DNA of 64,000 bases from a virus. Where the stretch lies: the IMG/VR virus record IMGVR_UViG_3300011116_000225, positions 5,408-69,407 of that record. One strand, 5' to 3'. Shown in pieces: positions 53,611-62,312 of this stretch. The translations under genes were made by a program, and so were the position numbers. A model generated the notes under the pieces. It was not told the origin of the DNA, ran no database searches, and was given only the letters and a program-made list of their open reading frames with translations. Position 1 is the first letter of the stretch. Each line of letters begins with the position of its first letter.

Positions 53611-54884
53611 GATATTTATCTGTGTGCTCTGGCATTGAGGCCGCCACAGTTGCTTGGCATCCACTTGGGTGGACGGCAGCGGCCTATTCAGAGATCGAAA
53701 AATTCCCATCGCAGGTGCTTGCGCACCATTACCCAGACGTGCCCAATGTGGGCGACATGACCAAATTTAAGGAGTGGAACATTGGAGCAATTGACCTTCT
53801 TGTTGGAGGAACCCCCTGCCAATCATTCAGCGTTGCAGGACTTAGAAAAGGATTGGATGACCCGCGTGGCAACCTCATGCTCACATTCCTTGCCATTGCT
53901 GACCAACATCGCCCCCGATGGTTGGTTTGGGAAAACGTCCCCGGCGTCTTGTCATCTAACGGAGGAAAAGATTTTGGCACCTTCCTCGGGGCGCTGGGGG
54001 AACTCGGGTATGGGTTCGCATACCGAATTCTTGACGCTCAGTACTTTGGAGTGGCCCAAAGACGCCGCCGTGTGTTTGTTGTCGGATACCTTGGAGACTG
54101 GAGAGTTGCCGCAGCGGTTCTTTTTGAGCGCCACAGCTTGTCAGGGGATTCTGCGCCGAGCAGAGAAAAGAGGGAAGGTGCTGCCGCCAATGCTAGAGAA
54201 AGCTCTGAAGTCGGTAGTCTGATTCCAGCAATGCACTCAGAACTATGCCCATCACTCAAAGCGCGTGATGCCAAAGGCCCATCAAGTGACGGTGACGGTG
54301 ACGGTGCAATACTTGTGCCAATGGCGCAACCCATTGCATATGCCTTTGATAGTTTGTCATCCAACTCTATGAAAAGCGCAAACCCTGTCAGCGGATGCAA
54401 TAAAGTCGAAATATCTAAATCGCTGGACACATCAAGAGGGCTTGATCCATCATGCAACCAAGGCGGTATTGGTGTGGCCCAACCCATCTCATTCAGCGCC
54501 CAGATGTCAAACCCTCAGACTGATGTTGAGATGTCAGCAACCCTGCAGGCAAAAAAACCAATGGCGGTGGCAGTTGGCACTGACCTCTACAACGGGGCAA
54601 TCACTGGCGATGTTGCTTGCACCATGTCAACGCATGGAGGTGATGGAAATGGAACTGGCCCGACCGTGATGCAACAAATGGCCGTGCGCCGCCTCACCCC
54701 TGTCGAATGCGAGCGCCTGCAAGGTTTCCCCGACAACTACACAGACATCCAACTCAAAGGCAAAGTCACGCCAGACGGACCCAGGTACAAGGCACTAGGT
54801 AACTCAATGGCGGTGCCCGTGATGGCATGGATCGGCAAAAGAATACAAGAAGTGGAGCAGATGCAATGCAAGCCGAACAGATAG
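53607..54884 (+). CDS. DNA (cytosine-5)-methyltransferase
   Basis: SVCSGI motif I, GGTPCQSFS catalytic PC, WENVPG, QRRRRVF, RRLTPVECERLQGFP, GNS; copy-2 only. Confidence 0.93.
   Translation: MRYLSVCSGIEAATVAWHPLGWTAAAYSEIEKFPSQVLAHHYPDVPNVGDMTKFKEWNIGAIDLLVGGTPCQSFSVAGLRKGLDDPRGNLMLTFLAIADQHRPRWLVWENVPGVLSSNGGKDFGTFLGALGELGYGFAYRILDAQYFGVAQRRRRVFVVGYLGDWRVAAAVLFERHSLSGDSAPSREKREGAAANARESSEVGSLIPAMHSELCPSLKARDAKGPSSDGDGDGAILVPMAQPIAYAFDSLSSNSMKSANPVSGCNKVEISKSLDTSRGLDPSCNQGGIGVAQPISFSAQMSNPQTDVEMSATLQAKKPMAVAVGTDLYNGAITGDVACTMSTHGGDGNGTGPTVMQQMAVRRLTPVECERLQGFPDNYTDIQLKGKVTPDGPRYKALGNSMAVPVMAWIGKRIQEVEQMQCKPNR
53782..54222 (+). CDS. Nested alternate-frame ORF resembling the beta polypeptide of M.EcoHK31I-type methyltransferases
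   Basis: TTG start with AAGGAG 7 nt upstream; RWGNSG...LEWP...C.LSD.LE...FFLS..AC.GILRRAEKRGK.LP. Confidence 0.6.
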   Translation: MEQLTFLLEEPPANHSALQDLEKDWMTRVATSCSHSLPLLTNIAPDGWFGKTSPASCHLTEEKILAPSSGRWGNSGMGSHTEFLTLSTLEWPKDAAVCLLSDTLETGELPQRFFLSATACQGILRRAEKRGKVLPPMLEKALKSVV

Positions 54885-56962
54885 CAAAGGCGCTTGGCAA
54901 CGCGAAGAGAGTTGGCAAAGGATGGTTGGCAAGTTGCCCACTGCCAACGCATGGACAAGGGCACGGGGACAAGAACCCGAGTCTGTCAATCAGTGATGGT
55001 GAGGACGGCAAACCGCTGTTTAAGTGCCACTCTGGCTGCGATCAGCATCAGCTGTTTCACGCCATCAGGGACTATGGCCTGCTGCCAGAGATCGAGAAAC
55101 GCGATCCATTGGCATCAATCAAGCCACTGCCAACGCTCACGCCGCAAGTGTTGGAGCACGAATGGGTATATGTGGACGAGGACGGGGAACCCTTGTTTGT
55201 GAAGCAACGGTTTAAGACCGGCACGGCCAAGGGCAAAGACTACAGGCAGATGCGTTGCGTCAAGCAGCCAGATGGAACCCATGTCAGGTTTCCAGGGTTC
55301 AAAGACACGCGCCTGGTGCCATACAGGTTCCCCGAGTTGTTGTCTGCAAAAACTGCAGGCCGCACCATATTTCTAACTGAGGGGGAAAAGGCAGCCGATG
55401 CCCTGGTATCGATTGGAGTTATCGCCACTAGTGCTCATGCAGGGTCAGGGTCATGGCCTGAAGAGATAACGCAGTACTTTGCCGGTGCAGTGGTCATCAT
55501 GGTCCCCGACAACGACCTGGCCGGTTGGATGTACGCAGGCAAGGTGGCAGCGGCGCTGATCCCTGTGGTGAAGTCACTCAGGATCTTGGACCTGCCAGTG
55601 GAAGGGTTGACAGATGATGCTTGGGAGTGGGTCAATGTCCTGGGAGGCACCAGGCAGGCATTGGTGGAGCTGGCAAAACTGAGTCCATTGATACGCCATG
55701 AAGATGACGTAACGATCCCGGAAAGATTAAGTGGGGCAACACCAAACGCAACAAACGTAAACGCACCAAACGCAACCAATCCAGGCAACGTCCACCAGGA
55801 AACTGACAAGACGTACAAGCCCTTCAAGATTGAGTCATGGCAGTCAGTCAAGGATGAACCTATTAAGTGGTTAATACAAGACGTGATTCCAGATCAGTCT
55901 TTGGTTGCCCTCTTTGGGCCGCCAGCCTCATTCAAGTCATTCCATGCAATGTCCATTGCTGAGTGCATCGCCAGTGGCAGGCCTTGGATGGGCAAAGAGA
56001 TCAACGGCAGCGGTCCAGTTTTGTATATCGCGGGGGAGGGGTATGGGGGAATAGGGGCCAGGATTGCCGCCATCAAGCAGCACCACAAGACCCCTGACTC
56101 AGCCCAGCTCTATGTTGTGCGCTCCATGATCAACCTCAGATCAAGTGTGGATGACTTCACGAACCTGATCCTGGCAATCGATGAGCTGGTGCAGTTGATC
56201 GGCGTTCAACTGCGCATGATTGTCATTGATACCTTGGCACGGTCATTTGGCGGGGGCAATGAGAATAATTCTGATGATATGGGGGTCTATATCCAGTCAT
56301 TGGGCAAGATCCAGAACCGCTACAAGTGCAGCCTCATGTTGCTGCATCATGCAGGCAAGGACAGTAGTAAAGGGTTGCGTGGGCACTCAAGCCTCTTGGC
56401 CGCGGTGGACACCCAGATGGAGATCTTGAGGTTCACAGACTCCATGAAAGGGCAGATATTTCTGTCCAAACAGAAGGACGGCGAGCAAGGTGAAAGGTAC
56501 GGGTTTGAGGCCATCACGGTGGACATTGACAGGTCAGATCTGGGCCTGGAAAACGGCAGCAGTCTGGTCATCGAGGCGTCAGATGTTGGCGACACGAAGG
56601 ACAGTGACCCAGAAAATAAGCCACAAAAGGGCAAACCAATTGGGGCAAAACAGAAGATTGCTGAGAAATCACTGAATGTTGCAATTAAAACCTTTGGCTC
56701 CATTATGGACACTCCAGAGGGACGCAAAAACACCATCACTTTGGACCAGTGGAAGGCCGAATTCACGGCCATGATCGGGTCAGATGTGTCCGCAAAAGAC
56801 CTGGCAACGTACTGGTTAAGGGCCAAGGATCACGTCATAAAGAGTGGCTTTGGGACCATCAGAAACAGCAGCGTATGGGCCAACCGCAAGGACGTGACTA
56901 CTGGATTTGAGGCAGAGGCATTGCTCAAGGCAGGGAAAATGGCGGCATTGGTTGATGAATGA
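54866..56962 (+). CDS. Primase-helicase (copy 2)
   Basis: Homolog of 19848-21941. Confidence 0.9.
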   Translation: MQAEQIAKALGNAKRVGKGWLASCPLPTHGQGHGDKNPSLSISDGEDGKPLFKCHSGCDQHQLFHAIRDYGLLPEIEKRDPLASIKPLPTLTPQVLEHEWVYVDEDGEPLFVKQRFKTGTAKGKDYRQMRCVKQPDGTHVRFPGFKDTRLVPYRFPELLSAKTAGRTIFLTEGEKAADALVSIGVIATSAHAGSGSWPEEITQYFAGAVVIMVPDNDLAGWMYAGKVAAALIPVVKSLRILDLPVEGLTDDAWEWVNVLGGTRQALVELAKLSPLIRHEDDVTIPERLSGATPNATNVNAPNATNPGNVHQETDKTYKPFKIESWQSVKDEPIKWLIQDVIPDQSLVALFGPPASFKSFHAMSIAECIASGRPWMGKEINGSGPVLYIAGEGYGGIGARIAAIKQHHKTPDSAQLYVVRSMINLRSSVDDFTNLILAIDELVQLIGVQLRMIVIDTLARSFGGGNENNSDDMGVYIQSLGKIQNRYKCSLMLLHHAGKDSSKGLRGHSSLLAAVDTQMEILRFTDSMKGQIFLSKQKDGEQGERYGFEAITVDIDRSDLGLENGSSLVIEASDVGDTKDSDPENKPQKGKPIGAKQKIAEKSLNVAIKTFGSIMDTPEGRKNTITLDQWKAEFTAMIGSDVSAKDLATYWLRAKDHVIKSGFGTIRNSSVWANRKDVTTGFEAEALLKAGKMAALVDE

Positions 56963-56988
56963 GTCATGCAATGTCTGACAATGTTATC

Positions 56989-57115
56989 CATTACAAATAC
57001 TACAAACACCACAGATGTAGTGCAGTTGTAGTGCTACACATACTACAAACACTACAAACACCCCGAAGGGGTTGTTTGTAGTGTGGTGTGTAGTGTGGTG
57101 TTTGTGGTGTAGTGA
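56989..57115. repeat. Iteron-like CACTACA/TGTAGTG array; putative origin (copy 2)
   Basis: Same layout as 21968-22100 around CCCC-GAA-GGGG. Confidence 0.7.
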
Positions 57116-57151
57116 TTATTGATTTGATGATTAATGGATTGGAGGCAAAGG

Positions 57152-57850
57152 ATGAACGCAAAGCAGGGTCAAGTGGGTCAGGTCAAAAGTCGCATACCCA
57201 GCCGTGGTGTTAAGCCAGATTTCCCGGCAACAGATTTTGAGATCAGGCAGGCATCATGGCTGGCTGAGATTGATCGCATTAAGGTGGATCAGGATCGGAA
57301 ATGGGGGACTGATAGATTGTGTACTTTAGTTGATCCAGCGTTTCGGGAGAAATTCTGGCAGCAACAGCAGCGGGTCTGGTCTGCTTGTCAGGCCAGGGAC
57401 AGCGAAAAGCTCGAGAAGTCGGCAGCCGGGATGGTCAGGGCTTATCAGGCGCTCGAGGCTTGGGCAGTGGGTGTCGGTGTGTCACAACGGCCAACGGTTG
57501 GCGCGGTGGAGCATGTTGGGAAAGATGGGAAGCTGATGGTTGTGGTCGCCACCAAGCAAGATGCAACCTGGTACCGCGAAAACCGGCCAGACGTTACCGG
57601 GCAACACGTCTGGTGCATGGAGGAGATTGAGCTGCTGATTGAGGCTGAGATCAACCAGGCAGTGGTCGAGGCCAAGATCAGGTACGCTAAGTACGACCCG
57701 GTGGTGGTCAAGGTAGAGAAGCTGGGTGGTGAAACGGGCTTTGATGACTTTGTCAATGACCTGGACACTTCAGCACCATCCAAGGCACCTAAAATGTTCG
57801 ATAGCAAAACAGCGGAGAAATTTAAGCATGGACATAATCAATCGATTTAA
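57152..57850 (+). CDS. Conserved hypothetical protein upstream of terS (copy 2)
   Basis: Homolog of 22136-22834. Confidence 0.8.
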   Translation: MNAKQGQVGQVKSRIPSRGVKPDFPATDFEIRQASWLAEIDRIKVDQDRKWGTDRLCTLVDPAFREKFWQQQQRVWSACQARDSEKLEKSAAGMVRAYQALEAWAVGVGVSQRPTVGAVEHVGKDGKLMVVVATKQDATWYRENRPDVTGQHVWCMEEIELLIEAEINQAVVEAKIRYAKYDPVVVKVEKLGGETGFDDFVNDLDTSAPSKAPKMFDSKTAEKFKHGHNQSI

Positions 57851-57918
57851 GGCACTTTGTGCCAAGTGCTGGGGTTGGGTACTTGATCGCGTTAAAACCT
57901 CTGGAAAGGGCTGAAAAC

Positions 57919-58350
57919 ATGCCTGGAAGACCTAAATTTAGACGTGACATTGCTTTGCTGGAGGAACTTCCAGAAGAGATGATCTTTGCAATGGTCGAGG
58001 CTGGCAAGCCAATGTCGGCGATTTGCATCGAGCTGGGCATTGGGCGCAAGGCGTTAGAGACGTGGATCGAAGATCAGGATCGTCCTGATATGATCGCCCG
58101 TGCGCGCGCAAAAGCAGCCGATGAGCTTGCGTGCGAGACGCTGGCGATAGCGGACAGCGCCGACCCGGAGCACGCCGCGCACGCTCGCGTCCGCATCCAG
58201 ACGCGCCAGTGGCTGGCTGAGAAGTGGAAACCGAGCGTCTACGGCACCAAACAGGCGCAGATCCAGGTCAATATCCACTCAATGCGGATGGACGCACTGC
58301 GCCATGCCGAGGTCATCGAGGCCGAGTTATCCACAGGGCAGGACAAATAA
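57919..58350 (+). CDS. terS: Terminase small subunit (copy 2)
   Basis: Homolog of 22903-23334. Confidence 0.85.
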   Translation: MPGRPKFRRDIALLEELPEEMIFAMVEAGKPMSAICIELGIGRKALETWIEDQDRPDMIARARAKAADELACETLAIADSADPEHAAHARVRIQTRQWLAEKWKPSVYGTKQAQIQVNIHSMRMDALRHAEVIEAELSTGQDK

Positions 58351-58412
58351 GTGACCACTTATCCACAGATCAGATGGGATTGCCTGTGGATAATGGCCAT
58401 ATCTGTGCATAA
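58327..58412. promoter_or_regulatory. Cluster of four DnaA boxes (copy 2)
   Basis: TTATCCACA 58327 and 58359; TGTGGATAA 58385; TGTGCATAA 58404. Confidence 0.8.
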
Positions 58413-58678
58413 CCACTGTCGTATGCCCGTAATAACTTAACATAATGGACAATGTAGCGATTAGGCTTTTGATAACGATCAGACGATTCCAGAGTACATG
58501 CGGCATCGAGCGCAAGCAGTCACTAACCAGCAATTCACAGGCGCGTGCAAGTTGCGCACAGGCTGCTGGCCGCGCCGGTGCTGGCGCTGGCGCCGGTCCT
58601 GGCCTGCTGGCCGCGCCGACCCCCCCTTGCGCTCGCGGCTGGGGGCAGGCTGATGCAGCACCTTAACAAACACCGACC

Positions 58679-60163
58679 ATGACCCACCCCCCTACCCCGG
58701 CACCGCCCACCGTCACTCTCCCAAAAAAAATAAAAAAAGTTGAGACAACTCTCGACCCCACCCAGAACCCGTTTGTTGAATTCGTAAGACTCTACAAGAA
58801 CAACCCTGTAAGGTTCGTGCAAGAAGTGCTGGGCGTGACCCCTGACCCTTGGCAAGCAGAATTCTTGATGCACATCGCCAAAGGGAACCGAAGAATAAGT
58901 GTCAGATCCGGCCACGGGGTTGGCAAATCAACCGCTGGTGCCTGGGCCATGCTTTGGTATTTGCACTTACGGTTCCCGGTGAAGATTGTCGTTACGGCCC
59001 CCACCAGCAGCCAGCTCTATGACGCGCTCTTTGCGGAACTCAAGCGCTGGATCAAGGCCATGCCGCAACTCTTGCAGGACCAGCTCGAGGTCAAGCAGGA
59101 CCGCATCGAGGTCAAGGATGCCGCCACCGAGGCGTTCATCTCTGCCAGGACGAGCAGGGCCGAGCAGCCCGAAGCCCTCCAGGGCGTACACAGCGACAAC
59201 GTGATGCTTGTTGGAGATGAGGCATCGGGTATCCCCGAACAGGTATTCGAGGCCGCTGGTGGCTCCATGTCTGGACACAATGCCGTGACCTTGCTGCTGG
59301 GTAACCCGGTGCGCTCCAGTGGTTTCTTCTACGACACCCACAACCGGCTTGCTGATGACTGGGTCACCATGAAGGTAGCGTGCGCTGACTCACCTCAAGT
59401 CAGCCAGGAATACATTGAGGAGATGAAGGCCAGGTACGGTGAGGAGTCGAACGCTTACCGCATCAGGGTTTTGGGTGAATTCCCACGCAGTGACGATGAC
59501 ACGGTGATCCCCATGGAACTGCTGGAGATGGCAAGCCAGAGGGATGTTGAGGCCAGCCAGCACGCCAGGATGGTGTGGGGCTTGGACGTTGCCAGGTTTG
59601 GGTCTGACAAGTCAGCCCTGTGCAAGAGACAGGGAAACGCCGTCACTGAACCCATCAGGACGTGGAAGAACCTCGATTTAATGCAGCTCACGGGTGCCGT
59701 TGTCGCTGAGTGGGAAGTCTTGATGCCCAGTGCCAGGCCAGCGGAGATCTTGGTTGACTCGATTGGCTTGGGCGCTGGGGTTGTGGACCGCTTAAGGGAA
59801 CTGGGTTTGCCTGCTCGCGGGATCAATGTGTCAGAGTCCCCCGCCATGGGCCAGACGTACAGGAACCTCAAGGCTGAGTTGTGGCACAAGGCCAAGGCCT
59901 GGCTTGAAGCGCGTGACTGTCGGATGCCCAAAGATGAACAATTGATCGCTGAACTGGCGACAGTGAGGTACTCATTCACGTCCAGCGGGAAGATCCAGAT
60001 TGAGGGGAAAGATGAGATCAGGAAGCGCGGCCTGCCGTCCCCTGACAGGGCAGATGCGTTTTGCTTGACGTTCGCAAGTGACGCTGTTGTCGGGATGTAC
60101 GGGTCGAGCATGTCGGGTAAGTGGTCGCAGCCTTTGCGCAGGAACCTGCCCAGGGTTGCATAA
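58679..60163 (+). CDS. terL: Terminase large subunit (copy 2)
   Basis: Homolog of 23653-25137. Confidence 0.95.
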   Translation: MTHPPTPAPPTVTLPKKIKKVETTLDPTQNPFVEFVRLYKNNPVRFVQEVLGVTPDPWQAEFLMHIAKGNRRISVRSGHGVGKSTAGAWAMLWYLHLRFPVKIVVTAPTSSQLYDALFAELKRWIKAMPQLLQDQLEVKQDRIEVKDAATEAFISARTSRAEQPEALQGVHSDNVMLVGDEASGIPEQVFEAAGGSMSGHNAVTLLLGNPVRSSGFFYDTHNRLADDWVTMKVACADSPQVSQEYIEEMKARYGEESNAYRIRVLGEFPRSDDDTVIPMELLEMASQRDVEASQHARMVWGLDVARFGSDKSALCKRQGNAVTEPIRTWKNLDLMQLTGAVVAEWEVLMPSARPAEILVDSIGLGAGVVDRLRELGLPARGINVSESPAMGQTYRNLKAELWHKAKAWLEARDCRMPKDEQLIAELATVRYSFTSSGKIQIEGKDEIRKRGLPSPDRADAFCLTFASDAVVGMYGSSMSGKWSQPLRRNLPRVA

Positions 60164-60189
60164 TTGGGGAATTCATAGGAGCAGCAAGC

Positions 60190-60348
60190 ATGAAGATGAC
60201 CAAAGCGCAAAAGAAAGTCGGCAAGGTGATGGGTGAGTACAAGGCTGGGACCCTGCACTCTGGCAAGGGTGGCAAGGTTGTGAAGAACCCCAAGCAAGCC
60301 ATTGCCATCGCGTTGTCAGAGGCCAAGATCAAGCCCAAGAAGAAATGA
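60190..60348 (+). CDS. Small basic protein, DUF6496-like (copy 2)
   Basis: Homolog of 25328-25492. Confidence 0.7.
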   Translation: MKMTKAQKKVGKVMGEYKAGTLHSGKGGKVVKNPKQAIAIALSEAKIKPKKK

Positions 60349-60596
60349 TCAAGCGCGGATCTGAGACATTCTCAGGCTACAACACGCCCAAGCGCACGCC
60401 GGGCCACAAGACCAAGAGTCATGCGGTGCTGGCGAAATCTGGGGATGAGGTCAAGCTCATCAGGTTCGGGCAACAGGGGGCAACTGGTTCCCCTGACGGG
60501 TCCAAGAGGAATGAGGCCTTCAAGGCCAGGCACGCGCAAAACATTGCCAAGGGCAAGATGAGCGCGGCCTACTGGGCAAACAAAGTGAAATGGTGA
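60345..60596 (+). CDS. Small basic protein (copy 2)
   Basis: Homolog of 25641-25892. Confidence 0.8.
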   Translation: MIKRGSETFSGYNTPKRTPGHKTKSHAVLAKSGDEVKLIRFGQQGATGSPDGSKRNEAFKARHAQNIAKGKMSAAYWANKVKW

Positions 60597-60602
60597 ACGA
60601 CT

Positions 60603-61112
60603 ATGGCAACTAAAGACTATGAACGCGCAGCCGAGCAGATGATGAAGGGCAATGGCGCCAAGTGCCCCACGGCCACTCAAGACATCACGGTGAACCTGAA
60701 GAACCGGGGCAAGGCCATTGACTCTGCCGCCTACGGCCCAGAGAACCCGGCACTGCCCAATACTGCTTTTTGGAAGGAAAAGGCTGACGAGTGGGAAGTC
60801 AGCATCAAGGACGCCAAGACAAGTCGATGCGGTAACTGCTCCGCATTCAACCAAGAGAAGTCGATGCTTGACTGCATCGCCAAGGGTATTGGTGACGAGG
60901 GTGACCCCTGGGCCATGATTGAGGCCGGTGACCTTGGGTACTGCGAAATATTCGACTTCAAGTGCGCGGCCAGCAGAACTTGTGACGCCTGGGTCGCTGG
61001 CAGTGACCAGGCTGACGGTGAAGGCGAAGACATGAGCGAAGAGGGCGATGGCGAAGACGAGTATGGCGGTATGGGTTCGCTGATCACGATCAATGTCGAG
61101 GCCAAGGATTGA
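60603..61112 (+). CDS. Cys-rich protein (copy 2)
   Basis: Homolog of 25916-26422. Confidence 0.75.
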   Translation: MATKDYERAAEQMMKGNGAKCPTATQDITVNLKNRGKAIDSAAYGPENPALPNTAFWKEKADEWEVSIKDAKTSRCGNCSAFNQEKSMLDCIAKGIGDEGDPWAMIEAGDLGYCEIFDFKCAASRTCDAWVAGSDQADGEGEDMSEEGDGEDEYGGMGSLITINVEAKD

Positions 61113-61813
61113 TCTCTCCCATCGCTGTTGCCACCGTCAAGGGCAAGTGCTTGCGGATGATGATGACGAGCGTGCGAGAGTACGCCAGCCAGGTGCCCAT
61201 CTATTTGCGCGGCCCTGAGTCAGTCATTGGCGCCCATGATGCTGATCACCAGATCTATGGTGAGGCATCCACGTTTGGCGAGTGCTACAACGAGGTGATT
61301 GACCGGGTCTTTGCTGACGGGTTTGACTCTGTCGTTGTGGCAAATGATGACATAGTGCTGACCCCCACAAGCTACCAGGTGCTGATGGATGACGTGGCGC
61401 TGCTGAAGAAAGAATGCCCCAAGCTGGGCTGGGTGGCTGCCAGGTGTGATGCGTCCAGGGCTACACAAAACATCAGGTCCAACCCGTTTGGCGAGGAGCT
61501 GCACTACTTTAAGTACCCCTGGGAAGAACACATTATGCAAATGGAGTGCCCCTCTCCCATCTTTGCTTGGATCTCGCGGGATGCCTGGGAAGTGGCGAAA
61601 TTCCCCCCGCTGAACTGGTACTCAGATGACGTGCATTGCACTGATTTGCTGGCCGCCGGGTTTCAGCACTATCTGTCCCGGTCCTATGTCCACCACGTTG
61701 GCAGCCAGACAATTGGTCTTGATGGCGCCAAACTGATCCAGCAGGCCATGCCATGGATCAGAAAGAACCGACCCGAATATGCAAAACAGTGGTTTGACAC
61801 TCAACCTGGGTAG
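61109..61813 (+). CDS. Glycosyltransferase-like protein (copy 2)
   Basis: Homolog of 26419-27114. Confidence 0.7.
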   Translation: MISPIAVATVKGKCLRMMMTSVREYASQVPIYLRGPESVIGAHDADHQIYGEASTFGECYNEVIDRVFADGFDSVVVANDDIVLTPTSYQVLMDDVALLKKECPKLGWVAARCDASRATQNIRSNPFGEELHYFKYPWEEHIMQMECPSPIFAWISRDAWEVAKFPPLNWYSDDVHCTDLLAAGFQHYLSRSYVHHVGSQTIGLDGAKLIQQAMPWIRKNRPEYAKQWFDTQPG

Positions 61814-62312
61814 TGGCCGGGACCGGCGATCTGAGTGCGTCAACGCTGACATTTTGGAGCGTGCCAAGCCAGACTGGCTGGTTGACATTTCCAAACCACT
61901 TGCGGCCACAACGATTGACTGGTGCGGGGAACCGCTGGAGATCGGGCCTGGCATGTTCTCAAAGATCATTGCCATTGACGTTCTTGAGCACATCCCTGAT
62001 CTGGTCGCGGCCATGACCAACTGCCGTGATCTGCTGGAGATGGGTGGCGAGATGCACATATCAGTGCCCTATGACCTGAGTCTGGGTGCCTGGCAAGACC
62101 CCACGCATGTGCGTGCATTCAACGAGAACTCATGGGTTTATTACTGCGCCTGGGCCTGGTACTTGGGTTGGACGGGTTCGCGGTTCAACATGGAGCGCCT
62201 CGAGTACAAATTAAGTGCAAGCGCAGACTTAGAATTGCCACAAGAACAATTGCTGCGCACGCCACGGGCAGTTGAGTCAATGTATGTGGTTTTGAAGAAA
62301 GTCCCAATATGA
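61779..62312 (+). CDS. SAM-dependent methyltransferase (copy 2)
   Basis: Homolog of 27089-27622. Confidence 0.8.
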   Translation: MQNSGLTLNLGSGRDRRSECVNADILERAKPDWLVDISKPLAATTIDWCGEPLEIGPGMFSKIIAIDVLEHIPDLVAAMTNCRDLLEMGGEMHISVPYDLSLGAWQDPTHVRAFNENSWVYYCAWAWYLGWTGSRFNMERLEYKLSASADLELPQEQLLRTPRAVESMYVVLKKVPI

